DNA of 64,000 nt from an uncultured delta proteobacterium (GTDB lineage Bacteria > Myxococcota_A > Polyangia > Haliangiales > Haliangiaceae). The notes beneath the pieces are model-generated. The model saw nothing but the letters and a program-made list of their open reading frames with translations. It did not search any database and was not told where the DNA came from. Position numbers and translations under genes: made by a program. The DNA lies in NCBI GenBank assembly GCA_963848295.1, contig CAWKDB010000004.1, forward strand, positions 1 through 64,000, written 5' to 3'. Shown piece by piece: positions 52,823 through 62,685 of this stretch (positions within the stretch are counted from its first letter, which is position 1; each line of letters starts with the position of its first letter).

Positions 52823-53932
52823 ATGCCGGAATCAGCGCCGATAGAACATCATCACCGTTGGGCGTGGAGGCTCGGCAGCATCGCCGGCGTCCCGATCTAC
52901 ATCCACGCGACGTTCGTCCTCTTGCTCGCGTGGGTGGCGATGAGCCACCTCGACGCCAGCCACGAGGGCGCGATGATCGCGAAGGGCCTTGTGCTCGTCG
53001 TGAGCGTGTTCGCGATCGTCGTGCTTCACGAGCTCGGCCACGCGCTCGTCGCGCGGCGTTTCGGGATCCCCACGCACGACATCACGCTCTATCCGATCGG
53101 TGGGATCTCGCGGCTCGACCACATGCCCGAGCAGCCCAGGCGAGAGCTGCTCGTGGCGATCGCCGGGCCGGCGGTCAACGGCATGCTCGCGCTGGCGATC
53201 TACGCGGGCCTTCGGCTCTCCAACGCGGACGCCGGAGGAGACCCGCTGTCGGTCGGCGGCGCATTTGCTGTACAGCTGATGTGGATCAATATCTCGCTTG
53301 GCGTGTTCAACCTGCTACCGGCGTTCCCCATGGATGGTGGTCGGGTCTTGCGGGCCACGCTGGCGTTGTGGATGGACCGCCCTCGGGCGACTGCCGTCGC
53401 AGCGCGGATCGCCCGAGGGCTCGCGGTGGTGATGGGAGTCGCCGGCCTGATGTGGAGTCCGATGCTCGCGGTGATCGCCTTGTTCGTGTGGATGGCCGCT
53501 GGAGCGGAAGCTGCTGCGGAGCAAATGAAGTCCGCGCTCGGCGGCGCGACGGTCGCCAGCGCGATGGTGACCGGCGTCGAGACGCTCGCACCCGAGACCG
53601 GAATCGGGATCGCCGCCGGTCGGATCGCGACCGGATTTCAACACGACTTTCCCGTCGTCGATGGCACGAGTGTCGTCGGAGTCCTCACCCACGCCGATGT
53701 GATGCGCGGCCTCGCCGCTCAGCGTTCAGATCTGACGGTCGGTGACGTCATGCACCGCGAGTACGCGATCGCAGGTGCCGCGGAAGGTCTTGCCGGCGTG
53801 CTCGGGCGGATTCCACGCGACGGGAGCTCGATCGTCGTGCTTCACGACGATCACCTCGTAGGTTTGCTCGATCTCGAGCACATCAACAAGCTACTCGCTA
53901 TGCGAGGTGCGATCGCCAGCCACCATGCATAG
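52823..53932 (+). CDS. Site-2 protease (M50) with CBS domains
   Basis: HELGH and NLLPAFPMDGGR motifs with a C-terminal CBS pair. Confidence 0.9.
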   Translation: MPESAPIEHHHRWAWRLGSIAGVPIYIHATFVLLLAWVAMSHLDASHEGAMIAKGLVLVVSVFAIVVLHELGHALVARRFGIPTHDITLYPIGGISRLDHMPEQPRRELLVAIAGPAVNGMLALAIYAGLRLSNADAGGDPLSVGGAFAVQLMWINISLGVFNLLPAFPMDGGRVLRATLALWMDRPRATAVAARIARGLAVVMGVAGLMWSPMLAVIALFVWMAAGAEAAAEQMKSALGGATVASAMVTGVETLAPETGIGIAAGRIATGFQHDFPVVDGTSVVGVLTHADVMRGLAAQRSDLTVGDVMHREYAIAGAAEGLAGVLGRIPRDGSSIVVLHDDHLVGLLDLEHINKLLAMRGAIASHHA

Positions 53933-53960
53933 CGCGCGATCAACCTGTTAGGGTGATCAG

Positions 53961-54650
53961 ATGCCGCCGCTGCTCGTCGTCGAAGAGCTGTCGATCGCCT
54001 TCGGGGAAGCCGATGTGTTGCAAGGCCTGACGTTCCACGTCGACCGCGGCGACTCGCTCGCGATCATCGGGCCGAACGGCAGCGGCAAGACGGTCCTGTT
54101 CAAGGCGCTCGTCGGGTCGATCCCGTTTCGTGGCCACATCCAGTGGGCTCGTGGCGCCCGCATTGGCTATGTCCCGCAGAAGCTCGATCTCGAGCGCGAC
54201 CTACCGATCACGGGGCTGGATCTGCTCGCGGCAAAGCACCGGGTGCTCGAGAGCGGCGACGACGTCGATGCGCTCGTACGACGCGTCGGTCTCGACGGCC
54301 AGACGCATAAGCCGATCGGCACGCTGTCGGGCGGGCAGCTTCAACGATTGCTGGTCGCCCTCGCGCTCGTCGGCAAGCCCGACGTGCTGCTCCTCGACGA
54401 ATTCACTGCGGGCGTCGATGCCCCCGGGCAGGAGCGGTTGAGCGAGCTGGTCCGAAGTCTCCAGGTCGAACACGGGCTGACCGTGCTCTCGATCTCGCAC
54501 GATCTCAGCGTGGTGTATCGATCTGCCACCAACGTGCTGTGCCTGGCGCGAGACCACGCCTGCATGGGCCCTCCACGGAAGATCCTCACGCCGGATCTGC
54601 TCGCGGAGATCTATGGCACCCCGGTGGAGTTCCACGTCCATGACCCTTGA
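53961..54650 (+). CDS. Metal ABC transporter ATPase (ZnuC-like)
   Basis: GPNGSGKT, IGYVPQK, LSGGQLQR and SHDL motifs. Confidence 0.85.
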   Translation: MPPLLVVEELSIAFGEADVLQGLTFHVDRGDSLAIIGPNGSGKTVLFKALVGSIPFRGHIQWARGARIGYVPQKLDLERDLPITGLDLLAAKHRVLESGDDVDALVRRVGLDGQTHKPIGTLSGGQLQRLLVALALVGKPDVLLLDEFTAGVDAPGQERLSELVRSLQVEHGLTVLSISHDLSVVYRSATNVLCLARDHACMGPPRKILTPDLLAEIYGTPVEFHVHDP

Positions 54651-55404
54651 GGTCGCCGCCTTCGCGCTGTCGATCGTGACCGCGAGCGTCGCCGGGTTGG
54701 TGGGATGCTTCGTGGTGATGCGGCGGATGACGCTCGGCGCAGATGCGCTATCGCACGTCGCGCTGCCCGGCATCGGCGTCGCACTCGCGCTCGGGATTCA
54801 TCCGCTGTTCGGCGCGACCGCGATGCTGCTCTTCGGTGCGCTGATCATCTGGGGCGTCGAGCGGCGGACCCGGATCGCGACGGAGGCGATCATCGGCGTC
54901 GTGTTCACGACCGCGCTCGCGGTCGGCAGCCTGATGAGCTCGGGCGAGGAGCTCATCGATGCGCTGTTTGGTGGCTCGGGCGCTCAGACGATCGGCGAGC
55001 TCGTGTTCGGAGCGGTCGTCGCGATCGCGATCGGCACCTTCATCGTCGTCGAGCGCAGTCGGCTCATTCTTTGGCTGGTGTCGCCGGAGATCGCGCGAAC
55101 GGCGGGGGTCGACGTCGCGCGGCTCGACTTGATGTTCCTGTTGATCTTCGCGCTCACGGTCGCGCTTGGCTTGCATTACCTCGGGGTGCTGCTCATGGGC
55201 TCGCTGATCATCATTCCCGCGGTCACCGCGAAACGCCTCGCGCGCGGGTTGAACGAGATGATGGGCTATGCCATCGGCATTGCGGTGGTCGCGACCGTCG
55301 TCGGCACGTACGTCGCCCATCGGGTTCACCGTCCGACCGGCCCGATCATCATCACGGTCGCGGCCCTGTGCTTCGTTGGCAGCTTGATCAAGCGGCGACG
55401 GTGA
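54640..55404 (+). CDS. Metal ABC transporter permease (ZnuB-like)
   Basis: DALSHVALPG, GVLLMGSLIIIPA and TGPIII motifs. Confidence 0.85.
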   Translation: MTLEVAAFALSIVTASVAGLVGCFVVMRRMTLGADALSHVALPGIGVALALGIHPLFGATAMLLFGALIIWGVERRTRIATEAIIGVVFTTALAVGSLMSSGEELIDALFGGSGAQTIGELVFGAVVAIAIGTFIVVERSRLILWLVSPEIARTAGVDVARLDLMFLLIFALTVALGLHYLGVLLMGSLIIIPAVTAKRLARGLNEMMGYAIGIAVVATVVGTYVAHRVHRPTGPIIITVAALCFVGSLIKRRR

Positions 55405-55461
55405 CCGTTGCGATCGCCGCTGGTTGCCGTTGCCACATCGACGAGTGATAGCCGAGCCCGG

Positions 55462-56334
55462 TCATCGCGGGCCCTTCGAGACGGAGGATCCGAGATGGCG
55501 TCCGGGTTGTACATCGCTAGCTTGGTCCGCGAACGCGGGCTCGAAGCTCTCGGGCGCGGCGAGATAGGCACGGAACGCGCTCATCGCCCTGCTCACGTGC
55601 CAGCCATCCGCGTAGCGGTGATCGATCGTCGCGGTGATCGGGAGGATGTCGCGCACCTCGACACGGCGATCGACGACGACCCCGCGCGCGGTGATCTCGC
55701 CGACCAGGACCAGCAGCGGCACGTCGTACATCCACGCGAGCGGTGCGAACCCCTGCGGCAACCCGAACATCCCGACGTTGGTGACCATCGCGCTGCCGAA
55801 CGGGGAACGGTGCAGCGATAGCGCGGGTACGTCTAGCTCGAGCTCCTGGGTCAGGAACGCGGTGGCCTTCAAGACACCACGCAGGAGCCAGGAAGGCGTG
55901 AGATCGAGCAGGTGCTTGGTCTGCGCGAGGTCGCGGTCGTTGCCTTGCTTCATCGCGGTGCTGCGCTCGGTCAGCTCGCGGGCGATCGCGAATGCCGGTT
56001 TCACATCGGCGTTCGCGATCGCGACGCCGGAAAGATCGTGACCCTTGGCGACCGCGGTGATGAAGAAAATATCGACCGACCGGCGCGGGCGCACGCGGCC
56101 GCGCCGAATACGCACGTTGAGATCGGGAACCTCCCGCAAGACGTGGGCGAGTGCACGACCGACGACGTGCGTCGCGGTGACGTGATGACCCGCGGCGCGC
56201 GCACGCGCGATGAACGCCAGCGTTGGTCCCGCATCGACGTCGAGCTCACCGAAGATCTGCGGATCGTCTGGTGCGTGCCACATCGCACTCGCGACTCGTC
56301 GCCAGCCCGTGAGGCGCGTGCTCGGTCGCATCAC
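55462..56334 (-). CDS. Stand-alone 2-oxoacid dehydrogenase E2 acyltransferase catalytic domain
   Basis: GSAMVTNVG and TIDHRYADG; no lipoyl domain. Confidence 0.8.
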   Translation of the reverse strand: MMRPSTRLTGWRRVASAMWHAPDDPQIFGELDVDAGPTLAFIARARAAGHHVTATHVVGRALAHVLREVPDLNVRIRRGRVRPRRSVDIFFITAVAKGHDLSGVAIANADVKPAFAIARELTERSTAMKQGNDRDLAQTKHLLDLTPSWLLRGVLKATAFLTQELELDVPALSLHRSPFGSAMVTNVGMFGLPQGFAPLAWMYDVPLLVLVGEITARGVVVDRRVEVRDILPITATIDHRYADGWHVSRAMSAFRAYLAAPESFEPAFADQASDVQPGRHLGSSVSKGPR

Positions 56335-57510
56335 GAGGTCCGCTCCTTGCGCGGGATCGCGACGTCGAACGTCGTGCCGCTCGACGACGATGCGACCTCG
56401 ATCGTGCCGCGATGGAGTGCGACCAGGCTATGCACGATCGACATCCCCATCCCGGTCCCGCCCTCCTTCGTCGAGAAGAACGGCTCGTAGATCCGGGGCA
56501 ATACGTCGGCCGGGATCCCGGCACCGTCGTCGCTCACGCGGATGTGAACGTGGCCATCGACGGGAACGACAGCCACGATGACATGACCGCCGGCGGTCAC
56601 CGCTTCGATCGCGTTGTGGATCAAGCTATCGACGACCTGTCGGACCTTCGAGGCATCGATCTCGGCAACGACGGGCCCGGACGCGCCGCCGAGCGTGAGC
56701 GTCGCACCGCGCTGTATCGCCAGCGGCCGGTCGTGCTCGATCACATCGCGCACGAGGGCGACGAGGTCTTGAGACCGTAGCGCGAGTGCCTGCGGTCGCG
56801 CGAACGCAAGGAACTCGTCCAGCAAGGTCGTGAGCCGCTCGAGCTCGTGGTCCGCCAGCTCGATCGGCTCCACGAGCGTCGGATCATCACCGGCGCGACG
56901 CAGCCGGCGCTCCGCGAGCTTGAGCTGGAGCTTGGCGGAGTTGAGGGGGTTGCGCACTTCGTGTGCGAGCCCGGCGCACAGGGTCTGCATCGCCTCGACC
57001 TGCTCGATGCGGCGCTGCTGTTCGGCCGAGACCAGCCGCTCTTCCGAGTCGATCTGATATTGACGCAAGATCACGGCGAGCTCGAGGTCGAGGAGTTTGT
57101 CGACCGCGTTGCGGAAGGCATGCGCCTCCAGAGCAGCCGGACATGCGACGACGATCCGGTCGCCGTACGCGCGCCGGATGACGTTGAGCGCCGGCGACCA
57201 TGTAGTGCTGTGCGAGCCCGATCGCGACGTGGCGTCGACCGATTTGCGAGCGTTTCGCGATGAACACATCGTCGTAAGGCCCGAGCAATCCGGTCGACAT
57301 CCAATCGATCAGTGCGAGGCGCAGCCGCGCGACTTGTTCGGAGCTCGACAGGATCGCGGCCGTGCTCGCGTTCGCCAGTGCCACCGCGTAGAACGCATCG
57401 GCGATCGCCGGAAACGAAGGTGCGAGCACGGGGTGGAGCGCGACGAGCCGTTCGCGATCGTCTGCGCCGAGCGCGAGGTATGCGAGGATCTCGTCGAGGA
57501 GCTCGGTCAC
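56331..57510 (-). pseudogene. Globin-coupled (protoglobin) sensor histidine kinase, one +1 frameshift near 57192
   Basis: Globin part (IADAFY, IGRRHVAIGLAQHYM) in ORF 56887..57510; AVDKLLDLELAVIL, AHEVRNPLN, HNAIEA and GTGMG in ORF 56331..57269. Confidence 0.85.
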
Positions 57511-58925
57511 CTCTGACCATTTCGCTCGTTGCCGAGAGCGGCGTCCTTGGCCTGCACGACGTCGATTTCGGACCGCGGTGCGGCATGATACTCGTGCAGC
57601 CGATACTGGATCGTTCGCGCGCTGATGCCGAGCATCTCGGCAGCCTTCGAGGTGGAGCCTCCAGCGGCCTTCATGGTCTCGAGGATCGCGTAGCGCTCTA
57701 GCTCGGCCATCGTCGAGCCCGGAATCGGCGGGATACCCGAGGTGCCGACCGGCCGAACGTTGGGCGGGAGGTGACCGACTTCGATCTCGGGGCCGGTCGC
57801 GAGCACGATCGCGCGTTCGATCGCATTCTCGAGCTCTCGGACGTTCCCCGGCCAGTCGTACGCGACGAGCAGGTCGAGCGCCTGTGACGAGATCGCCTCG
57901 ACCGGCTTGCCGTTGTCCTTGGCATAGCGATCGACGAAGAACTTCGCGATCGCCGGAATGTCGGATCTGCGGTCGCGCAGCGGCGGCATCTCGATGTTGA
58001 CGACGTTGAGCCGGTAGAACAGATCCTCTCGGAACCGACCGCGCGCGACCTCCTCTTTGAGATCGCGATTGGTCGCCGCGATCACCCGGACGTCGACGCG
58101 GATCGTCTGCGTGCCGCCGACGCGCTCGAACTCGTGCTCCTGAAGGAAGCGGAGCAGCTTGACCTGCAGCGAGGTGGAGATCTCGCCGATCTCGTCGAGG
58201 AACAACGTGCCGCCATCGGAGAGCGAGAATCGGCCGTCCTTGCGCGCCGTCGCGCCGGTGAACGAGCCCTTCTCGTGGCCGAACAGCTCGCTCTCGAGCA
58301 AGCTTTCGGCGAGCGCGGCGCAGTGCAGCTTGATGAACGGGCCACTCGCGCGCGGCGACCGCTGATGGATCGCGTTCGCGACCAGCTCCTTGCCGGTCCC
58401 GCTCTCGCCCGTGATCAGGACGGTCGCCCGACTCGGGGCGACCTGGTCGACGATCTCGAACACGCGTTGCATCGGTGGGCTCGACCCGACCATGTTGCCG
58501 GGCGCAACACGATCGCGGACGCGCTTGCGCAGCTGTGCCGTCTCGCGGCGCATCGCCTGGTTCGCGAGCACCTTGTCGAGCACGACGAGGAGCTCGTCGA
58601 AGTTGAGCGGCTTGGTCAGATACTCCTCGGCGCCGGCGCGCATCGCCTCGAGCGCGGACTCGACCGCGCCGAAGGCGGTCATCACGACAACGGCTGGCGC
58701 GTCCTCCATCGCACGGAGCTTCTTGACCAGCTCGATGCCGTCCATGCCTGGCATCTTCAGATCGGTGATCACGACATGCGGCGCGAACCCCTCGAACTTG
58801 CCGAGCGCCTTGAACGCATCGGCCGAGGTCTCGACATCGAACCCCTCCTCGCGCAGCAGCTCGGCCAGCGCCGTACGGGCGTGAACTTCATCGTCGACGA
58901 CTAGGATGCGTCCGGTGCGGATCAT
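57507..58925 (-). CDS. Sigma-54-dependent response regulator (NtrC/AtoC family)
   Basis: Receiver domain (TDLKMP), [31 protein letters not shown] and Fis-type HTH. Confidence 0.95.
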   Translation of the reverse strand: MIRTGRILVVDDEVHARTALAELLREEGFDVETSADAFKALGKFEGFAPHVVITDLKMPGMDGIELVKKLRAMEDAPAVVVMTAFGAVESALEAMRAGAEEYLTKPLNFDELLVVLDKVLANQAMRRETAQLRKRVRDRVAPGNMVGSSPPMQRVFEIVDQVAPSRATVLITGESGTGKELVANAIHQRSPRASGPFIKLHCAALAESLLESELFGHEKGSFTGATARKDGRFSLSDGGTLFLDEIGEISTSLQVKLLRFLQEHEFERVGGTQTIRVDVRVIAATNRDLKEEVARGRFREDLFYRLNVVNIEMPPLRDRRSDIPAIAKFFVDRYAKDNGKPVEAISSQALDLLVAYDWPGNVRELENAIERAIVLATGPEIEVGHLPPNVRPVGTSGIPPIPGSTMAELERYAILETMKAAGGSTSKAAEMLGISARTIQYRLHEYHAAPRSEIDVVQAKDAALGNERNGQR

Positions 58926-58937
58926 GAGCCATCAGAT

Positions 58938-58953
58938 AGCGAGACGCGTGCCA
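58938..58953 (-). promoter_or_regulatory. Sigma-54 promoter of the regulator gene
   Basis: TGGCACGCGTCTCGCT; ATG 14 nt after the -12 C. Confidence 0.75.
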
Positions 58954-58983
58954 TGGAGATCCGCGGATTTGCGGGTATCAAAG

Positions 58984-59026
58984 CGCAAGACCTGCGACAC
59001 GAGCGACCTGTCGCGCAAGCCGTGCG
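58984..59026. promoter_or_regulatory. Paired CGCA-N5-TGCG sites (autoregulatory)
   Basis: CGCAAGACCTGCG (58984) and CGCAAGCCGTGCG (59014), both perfect, 30 bp apart. Confidence 0.8.
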
Positions 59027-59059
59027 GGATTCCCACAGCCCGGCGTCGGCGTTTCAATA

Positions 59060-60034
59060 CTACGAATCGGCACCCGCGAGCCGCTCGACCAACACGCGCC
59101 ACCACGGCCGAGGCCAGCGAACGTGTGACCGAGGCTCGTATCCGAGCTCGCGTCGCGCTCGGGCCCCATCGAGCACGCCGCCGAAGTGGAAACGCTGGAC
59201 GTTGAGATCATAGCGAAACTCGAAGCCGGCAACGGCGCGCCGCAGCTTGTACAGCGGTGCCATCAACAGCCCGGGGATCGGGATGTCGGCGCGATTGCTC
59301 TCTGCGATCGCACGAGACAGGGGCAGGGTGTCGGCGCCCGGAATGTTGAACACGCCGATCGCTTGCGATCGAGCGGCGGCTGCGAACGCCACCGCCGCAT
59401 CGTCGAGTGCGAGCACGTTGATGATCGGGTCGAAGCCCATGGGTCGGAGGCAGACTCGCGATGACAGGTAGTCCCACAACTGGCTGCCGGTGGCGGGCGC
59501 TAGCAACTCCGCACATCGAAGCACGGCGATCTGCAATGGACCTTCGTGGTACGCGCAGACCGTTAGGTCGGCCTCGACGCGATCACGCAGCCACTGGGGG
59601 ACGGCCGGATCGAACTCGAGCGCTGCGTTCTCGTCGATCAAGCTCGTCGTCGTGTGGCGCTGCGCGTAGACCTCCGCGAAGCTGCGACAGACAAATCGGT
59701 GGATCGTTGGATGGTCGGCACAGTCGAGCAGCAGTTGGCGGGCGGCCTCGACGTTCTGCGCGTGGACGCGGCGCCCGCCGTCGTGAGCGTCCCGATGCTG
59801 GGCGGTGTGAACGATCGTATCGATCGCGTGCTGTCGCGCCGCACCGTGAATCAGGTCGTGCACTTCACGAACGCGCGTGAGGTCGGTCGCGCGATAGACG
59901 AGGCGCGGATCGGTCGACGGCACCTGCGCCTCCAGGCCGATCGCGAGTACCCGCGTGACGTCGGCATCGGCGAGCAGCTGCTTGACGATCGCTGCGCCGA
60001 GGGGCGTGGTCGCGCCGGTGACCACGACTCTCAT
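59060..60034 (-). CDS. NAD-dependent epimerase/dehydratase-like (atypical SDR)
   Basis: VVVTGATTPLG, VHTA and GVFNIPG motifs; no YxxxK. Confidence 0.8.
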   Translation of the reverse strand: MRVVVTGATTPLGAAIVKQLLADADVTRVLAIGLEAQVPSTDPRLVYRATDLTRVREVHDLIHGAARQHAIDTIVHTAQHRDAHDGGRRVHAQNVEAARQLLLDCADHPTIHRFVCRSFAEVYAQRHTTTSLIDENAALEFDPAVPQWLRDRVEADLTVCAYHEGPLQIAVLRCAELLAPATGSQLWDYLSSRVCLRPMGFDPIINVLALDDAAVAFAAAARSQAIGVFNIPGADTLPLSRAIAESNRADIPIPGLLMAPLYKLRRAVAGFEFRYDLNVQRFHFGGVLDGARARRELGYEPRSHVRWPRPWWRVLVERLAGADS

Positions 60035-60867
60035 CGGAAGACTCCACGTCTGGCCATCCGGAGATCTGCGATCTGGTGCTCGAGCACCGAACGGACTCGC
60101 GTTGCGGCCGCGCCGACGATCTCCGGATCGTCGGCGTCAGCGGCGACGTGATCGTGGTCGAGATGAATCGGTGCGCCGTAGTAGATGCGGTAGTGCGCGG
60201 GCAATGGCAGCGGCCACGCAGGAATCGGCAAGTACGGCGCACCGAACCAGCGGAGGCCGAGCTTGGTCGCAAGCGGCCAGCTCTCCTCGGCACCGAGGAT
60301 GGCCACCGGCACGACCGGCGCGCGATGGCGGATCGCGAGCTCGGCAAACCCAACGCGCCACGCTTGGACCTGATACCGATCGCGGAACCGCTTCGCGGGT
60401 CCCGTGACGCCCTCGGGCCAGATCGCGACGAGCTCGCCGCGGTCGAGGAGATGGGCGACGTTCGCGCGCGTGCCGCTGACCACGCCGCAGCGCGCGTACA
60501 CCGTGCTGATGACCGGCAGCCTCGGCACGAAGTGATCGGTAACCGCGCGCGGGATCCTCGGCGGCTCGAGCTTGCGGAGGATGTCGAAACACAGCATCGC
60601 GGCGTCGACCGGGAGCACGCCGCCGTGATTCGCGACCAGGATCGCCGGCCCATCGATGGGCACGTGCTCGATCCCGCTCGACGTGACGCGGAAGTAGCGA
60701 TCATATATCGGCGCGCACACCTCGAGCATCCGAACGAGCGTTGGCGGGTGGAGCCCGAACAGGTCGTAGCCGTAGCCTTCGTCGTGGAAGCCCGCCCCGG
60801 TCGCGTACCGTGCGAGTGATGTCGGCGCGCCGGCAGAGGGTCTTGTACGTGACTCCATGTCCGACAC
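60031..60867 (-). CDS. Lysophospholipid acyltransferase (PlsC-like)
   Basis: LVANHGGVLPVD, WPEG and PVVPVAILGAEE motifs. Confidence 0.9.
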   Translation of the reverse strand: MSDMESRTRPSAGAPTSLARYATGAGFHDEGYGYDLFGLHPPTLVRMLEVCAPIYDRYFRVTSSGIEHVPIDGPAILVANHGGVLPVDAAMLCFDILRKLEPPRIPRAVTDHFVPRLPVISTVYARCGVVSGTRANVAHLLDRGELVAIWPEGVTGPAKRFRDRYQVQAWRVGFAELAIRHRAPVVPVAILGAEESWPLATKLGLRWFGAPYLPIPAWPLPLPAHYRIYYGAPIHLDHDHVAADADDPEIVGAAATRVRSVLEHQIADLRMARRGVFR

Positions 60868-60879
60868 GTGTGGGTTCAG

Positions 60880-60895
60880 TGCAACTTCTCGGCGA
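60880..60895 (-). promoter_or_regulatory. Degenerate sigma-54 promoter
   Basis: TCGCCGAGAAGTTGCA; GTG 14 nt after the -12 C. Confidence 0.35.
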
Positions 60896-60932
60896 AGCGG
60901 CATGGGACGGGGTGATGCATGCGACGCGCCGA

Positions 60933-61367
60933 TCACGACGCGAGCGCGAGCGGCCGAACGGTGATCGCGAGCGTGACCGGAGCCTTCAACGCCCTCGCGA
61001 TGATGCACTGGCGCTCGGCAGCTCGCAGCAGGTTCTCGGCGCGGCTCTCGTCGCCCGCGGCCGTCACGAGATCGACCTCGAGTCGGATCGCCGTGAACGC
61101 GGGGCCCTCTGGTGTCTTGTCGAGCGTTCCGGTCGCGGCGCCGCGCCAGCTATGGATCCGGACCGACTCGCGCCGAACCAGCGCGTCGAACGTGGTCTGG
61201 AGACACACCAGCGCGGCGCCGACCAGCAACTCTTCTGGACTCCACACCGAGTCGATTCCGCCGAACTGGGGCGGCGCACCCGTGCGGATCGGAGCGCGCG
61301 GTGCTGCGGCGAGCTCGCCGTTCGCCAGCGTCACGGCATACGTATGCGGGAACCGCGCGATCGTCAT
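60933..61367 (-). CDS. OsmC/Ohr-family protein
   Basis: APPQFGG..WSPEELL..C and AERQCII motifs. Confidence 0.85.
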   Translation of the reverse strand: MTIARFPHTYAVTLANGELAAAPRAPIRTGAPPQFGGIDSVWSPEELLVGAALVCLQTTFDALVRRESVRIHSWRGAATGTLDKTPEGPAFTAIRLEVDLVTAAGDESRAENLLRAAERQCIIARALKAPVTLAITVRPLALAS

Positions 61368-61369
61368 GG

Positions 61370-62029
61370 CTACCCGATCCGCGTTTGATCGATCACCGTC
61401 TCGACACCGCGCGTGCCCCACACCGCGCCGACGATCGCCAAGCGCTCGGTCAGCGAGTCGATGTCGCCGGTCACCGTGACCTTGCCACCTTCGATATCGA
61501 GCTTCACCTTCTTGGCCTCGCGGGTTGCGTGGCGCTCGAGCGCGCCCTCGATCGCCGTGCGCAAGATCGCCGGCGAGATCGATGGCCCAGCAAGCTTGAT
61601 CTCGTTCTGGACCGCGCACACGCCAGCGAGCTGACCCACGGCGCGGGCGGCGTCTTCGCGTTGCGAAGCGACATCGACCGATCCCGACAACGTGACGACG
61701 CCATCGCTGACCGTCGTTTGAACCCGCTCCTCGGGGACCAGCACATGCCACTTCAACGAGGTGCGCGCCGCCTCGGCGATGTCGGCGTCGCTCGGCTTCG
61801 CCGCATAGAGTTTGACCTGAAGATCGTCGGCGACGTCTCGTACGCCGGCCACACGGTGTGCCGCATCGCGCGCGGCGACGCGCTTCGCCCAGCTCGCGAC
61901 GGTGCCGGTCAACGTCACGATCCCGCGATGGGCCTGGACGCCGACCTCCGTCTCGTCGACGCGCGTGTCCCACTTCAGCTCTTCGAGGACATCTTTCTTG
62001 ATCTGTGAATCGGACTTGATGGTTTGCAT
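61370..62029 (-). CDS. BON-domain protein (3 BON domains, OsmY-like)
   Basis: Three repeats GIVTLTGTV, GVVTLSGSV and GKVTVTGDI. Confidence 0.9.
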   Translation of the reverse strand: MQTIKSDSQIKKDVLEELKWDTRVDETEVGVQAHRGIVTLTGTVASWAKRVAARDAAHRVAGVRDVADDLQVKLYAAKPSDADIAEAARTSLKWHVLVPEERVQTTVSDGVVTLSGSVDVASQREDAARAVGQLAGVCAVQNEIKLAGPSISPAILRTAIEGALERHATREAKKVKLDIEGGKVTVTGDIDSLTERLAIVGAVWGTRGVETVIDQTRIG

Positions 62030-62041
62030 GAATTCTCGCCG

Positions 62042-62057
62042 AGCAAGTCGCGTTCCA
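62042..62057 (-). promoter_or_regulatory. Sigma-54 promoter
   Basis: TGGAACGCGACTTGCT; ATG 14 nt after the -12 C. Confidence 0.8.
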
Positions 62058-62089
62058 CTGGGTCGGCGAGCTCAGCTGCATGTGGCTCG

Positions 62090-62132
62090 CGCACTCTCGG
62101 CGTCGTGACGGCGCGATCGCGCAAACGATGCG
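62090..62132. promoter_or_regulatory. Paired CGCA-N5-TGCG sites
   Basis: CGCACTCTCGGCG (62090) and CGCAAACGATGCG (62120), 30 bp apart. Confidence 0.65.
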
Positions 62133-62428
62133 CGATTCTCGTAGCCCGCGCGCCAGCATTCGAGGTGGCGCCTCGCGCAAGCCCAAGATCTCGCCGTCCT
62201 GCCCGTTACCGGCACCGGTTGGAGTGACTGGGGTTCGCCCAAGCGCGTGTTCGCCAGCCCTGCCGGGACACCTAGCCACGATCGGCTCGTCGCACGCATA
62301 CGCGGCGACTTCGCACTCGCCGGCTGATCGAGGTTTCGAGCCTTCCGGAGCCGTCGTACACTTTTCCGCACGACTGGCGTTCATCGCTGAACGGCGCGAC
62401 GGAGCTGCGCCCTCTCGGGCGATCGCAC

Positions 62429-62644
62429 TCACGCGAGCCGCGATCGCGGGACCCAGATCCCGGCCGCGCGCTGAAAGTAGCGTCTCTTCACCGCCGCCCA
62501 GGCGATCCTGTGAGCGATGGCTTCGCGATCGGCGCCGTACCGTGCGAACGCGTCGTTGAACGCCGCGCGATAGATATCTTGGGCGTGTTGCGGCAGATGC
62601 TTGCGCACGCCCACCGGGAGATTGGAATTCTTGGTGTAGGGCAC
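62429..62644 (-). CDS. chaB: ChaB-family protein
   Basis: MPY..NSNLP..VRKHLPQHAQDIYRAAFN...AHRIAWAAVKRRY. Confidence 0.9.
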   Translation of the reverse strand: MPYTKNSNLPVGVRKHLPQHAQDIYRAAFNDAFARYGADREAIAHRIAWAAVKRRYFQRAAGIWVPRSRLA

Positions 62645-62656
62645 GTGGCCAGCAGC

Positions 62657-62672
62657 AGCACGAGTCGTGCCG
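62657..62672 (-). promoter_or_regulatory. Sigma-54 promoter
   Basis: CGGCACGACTCGTGCT; GTG 14 nt after the -12 C. Confidence 0.75.
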
Positions 62673-62685
62673 AGGTACGCGGCCC

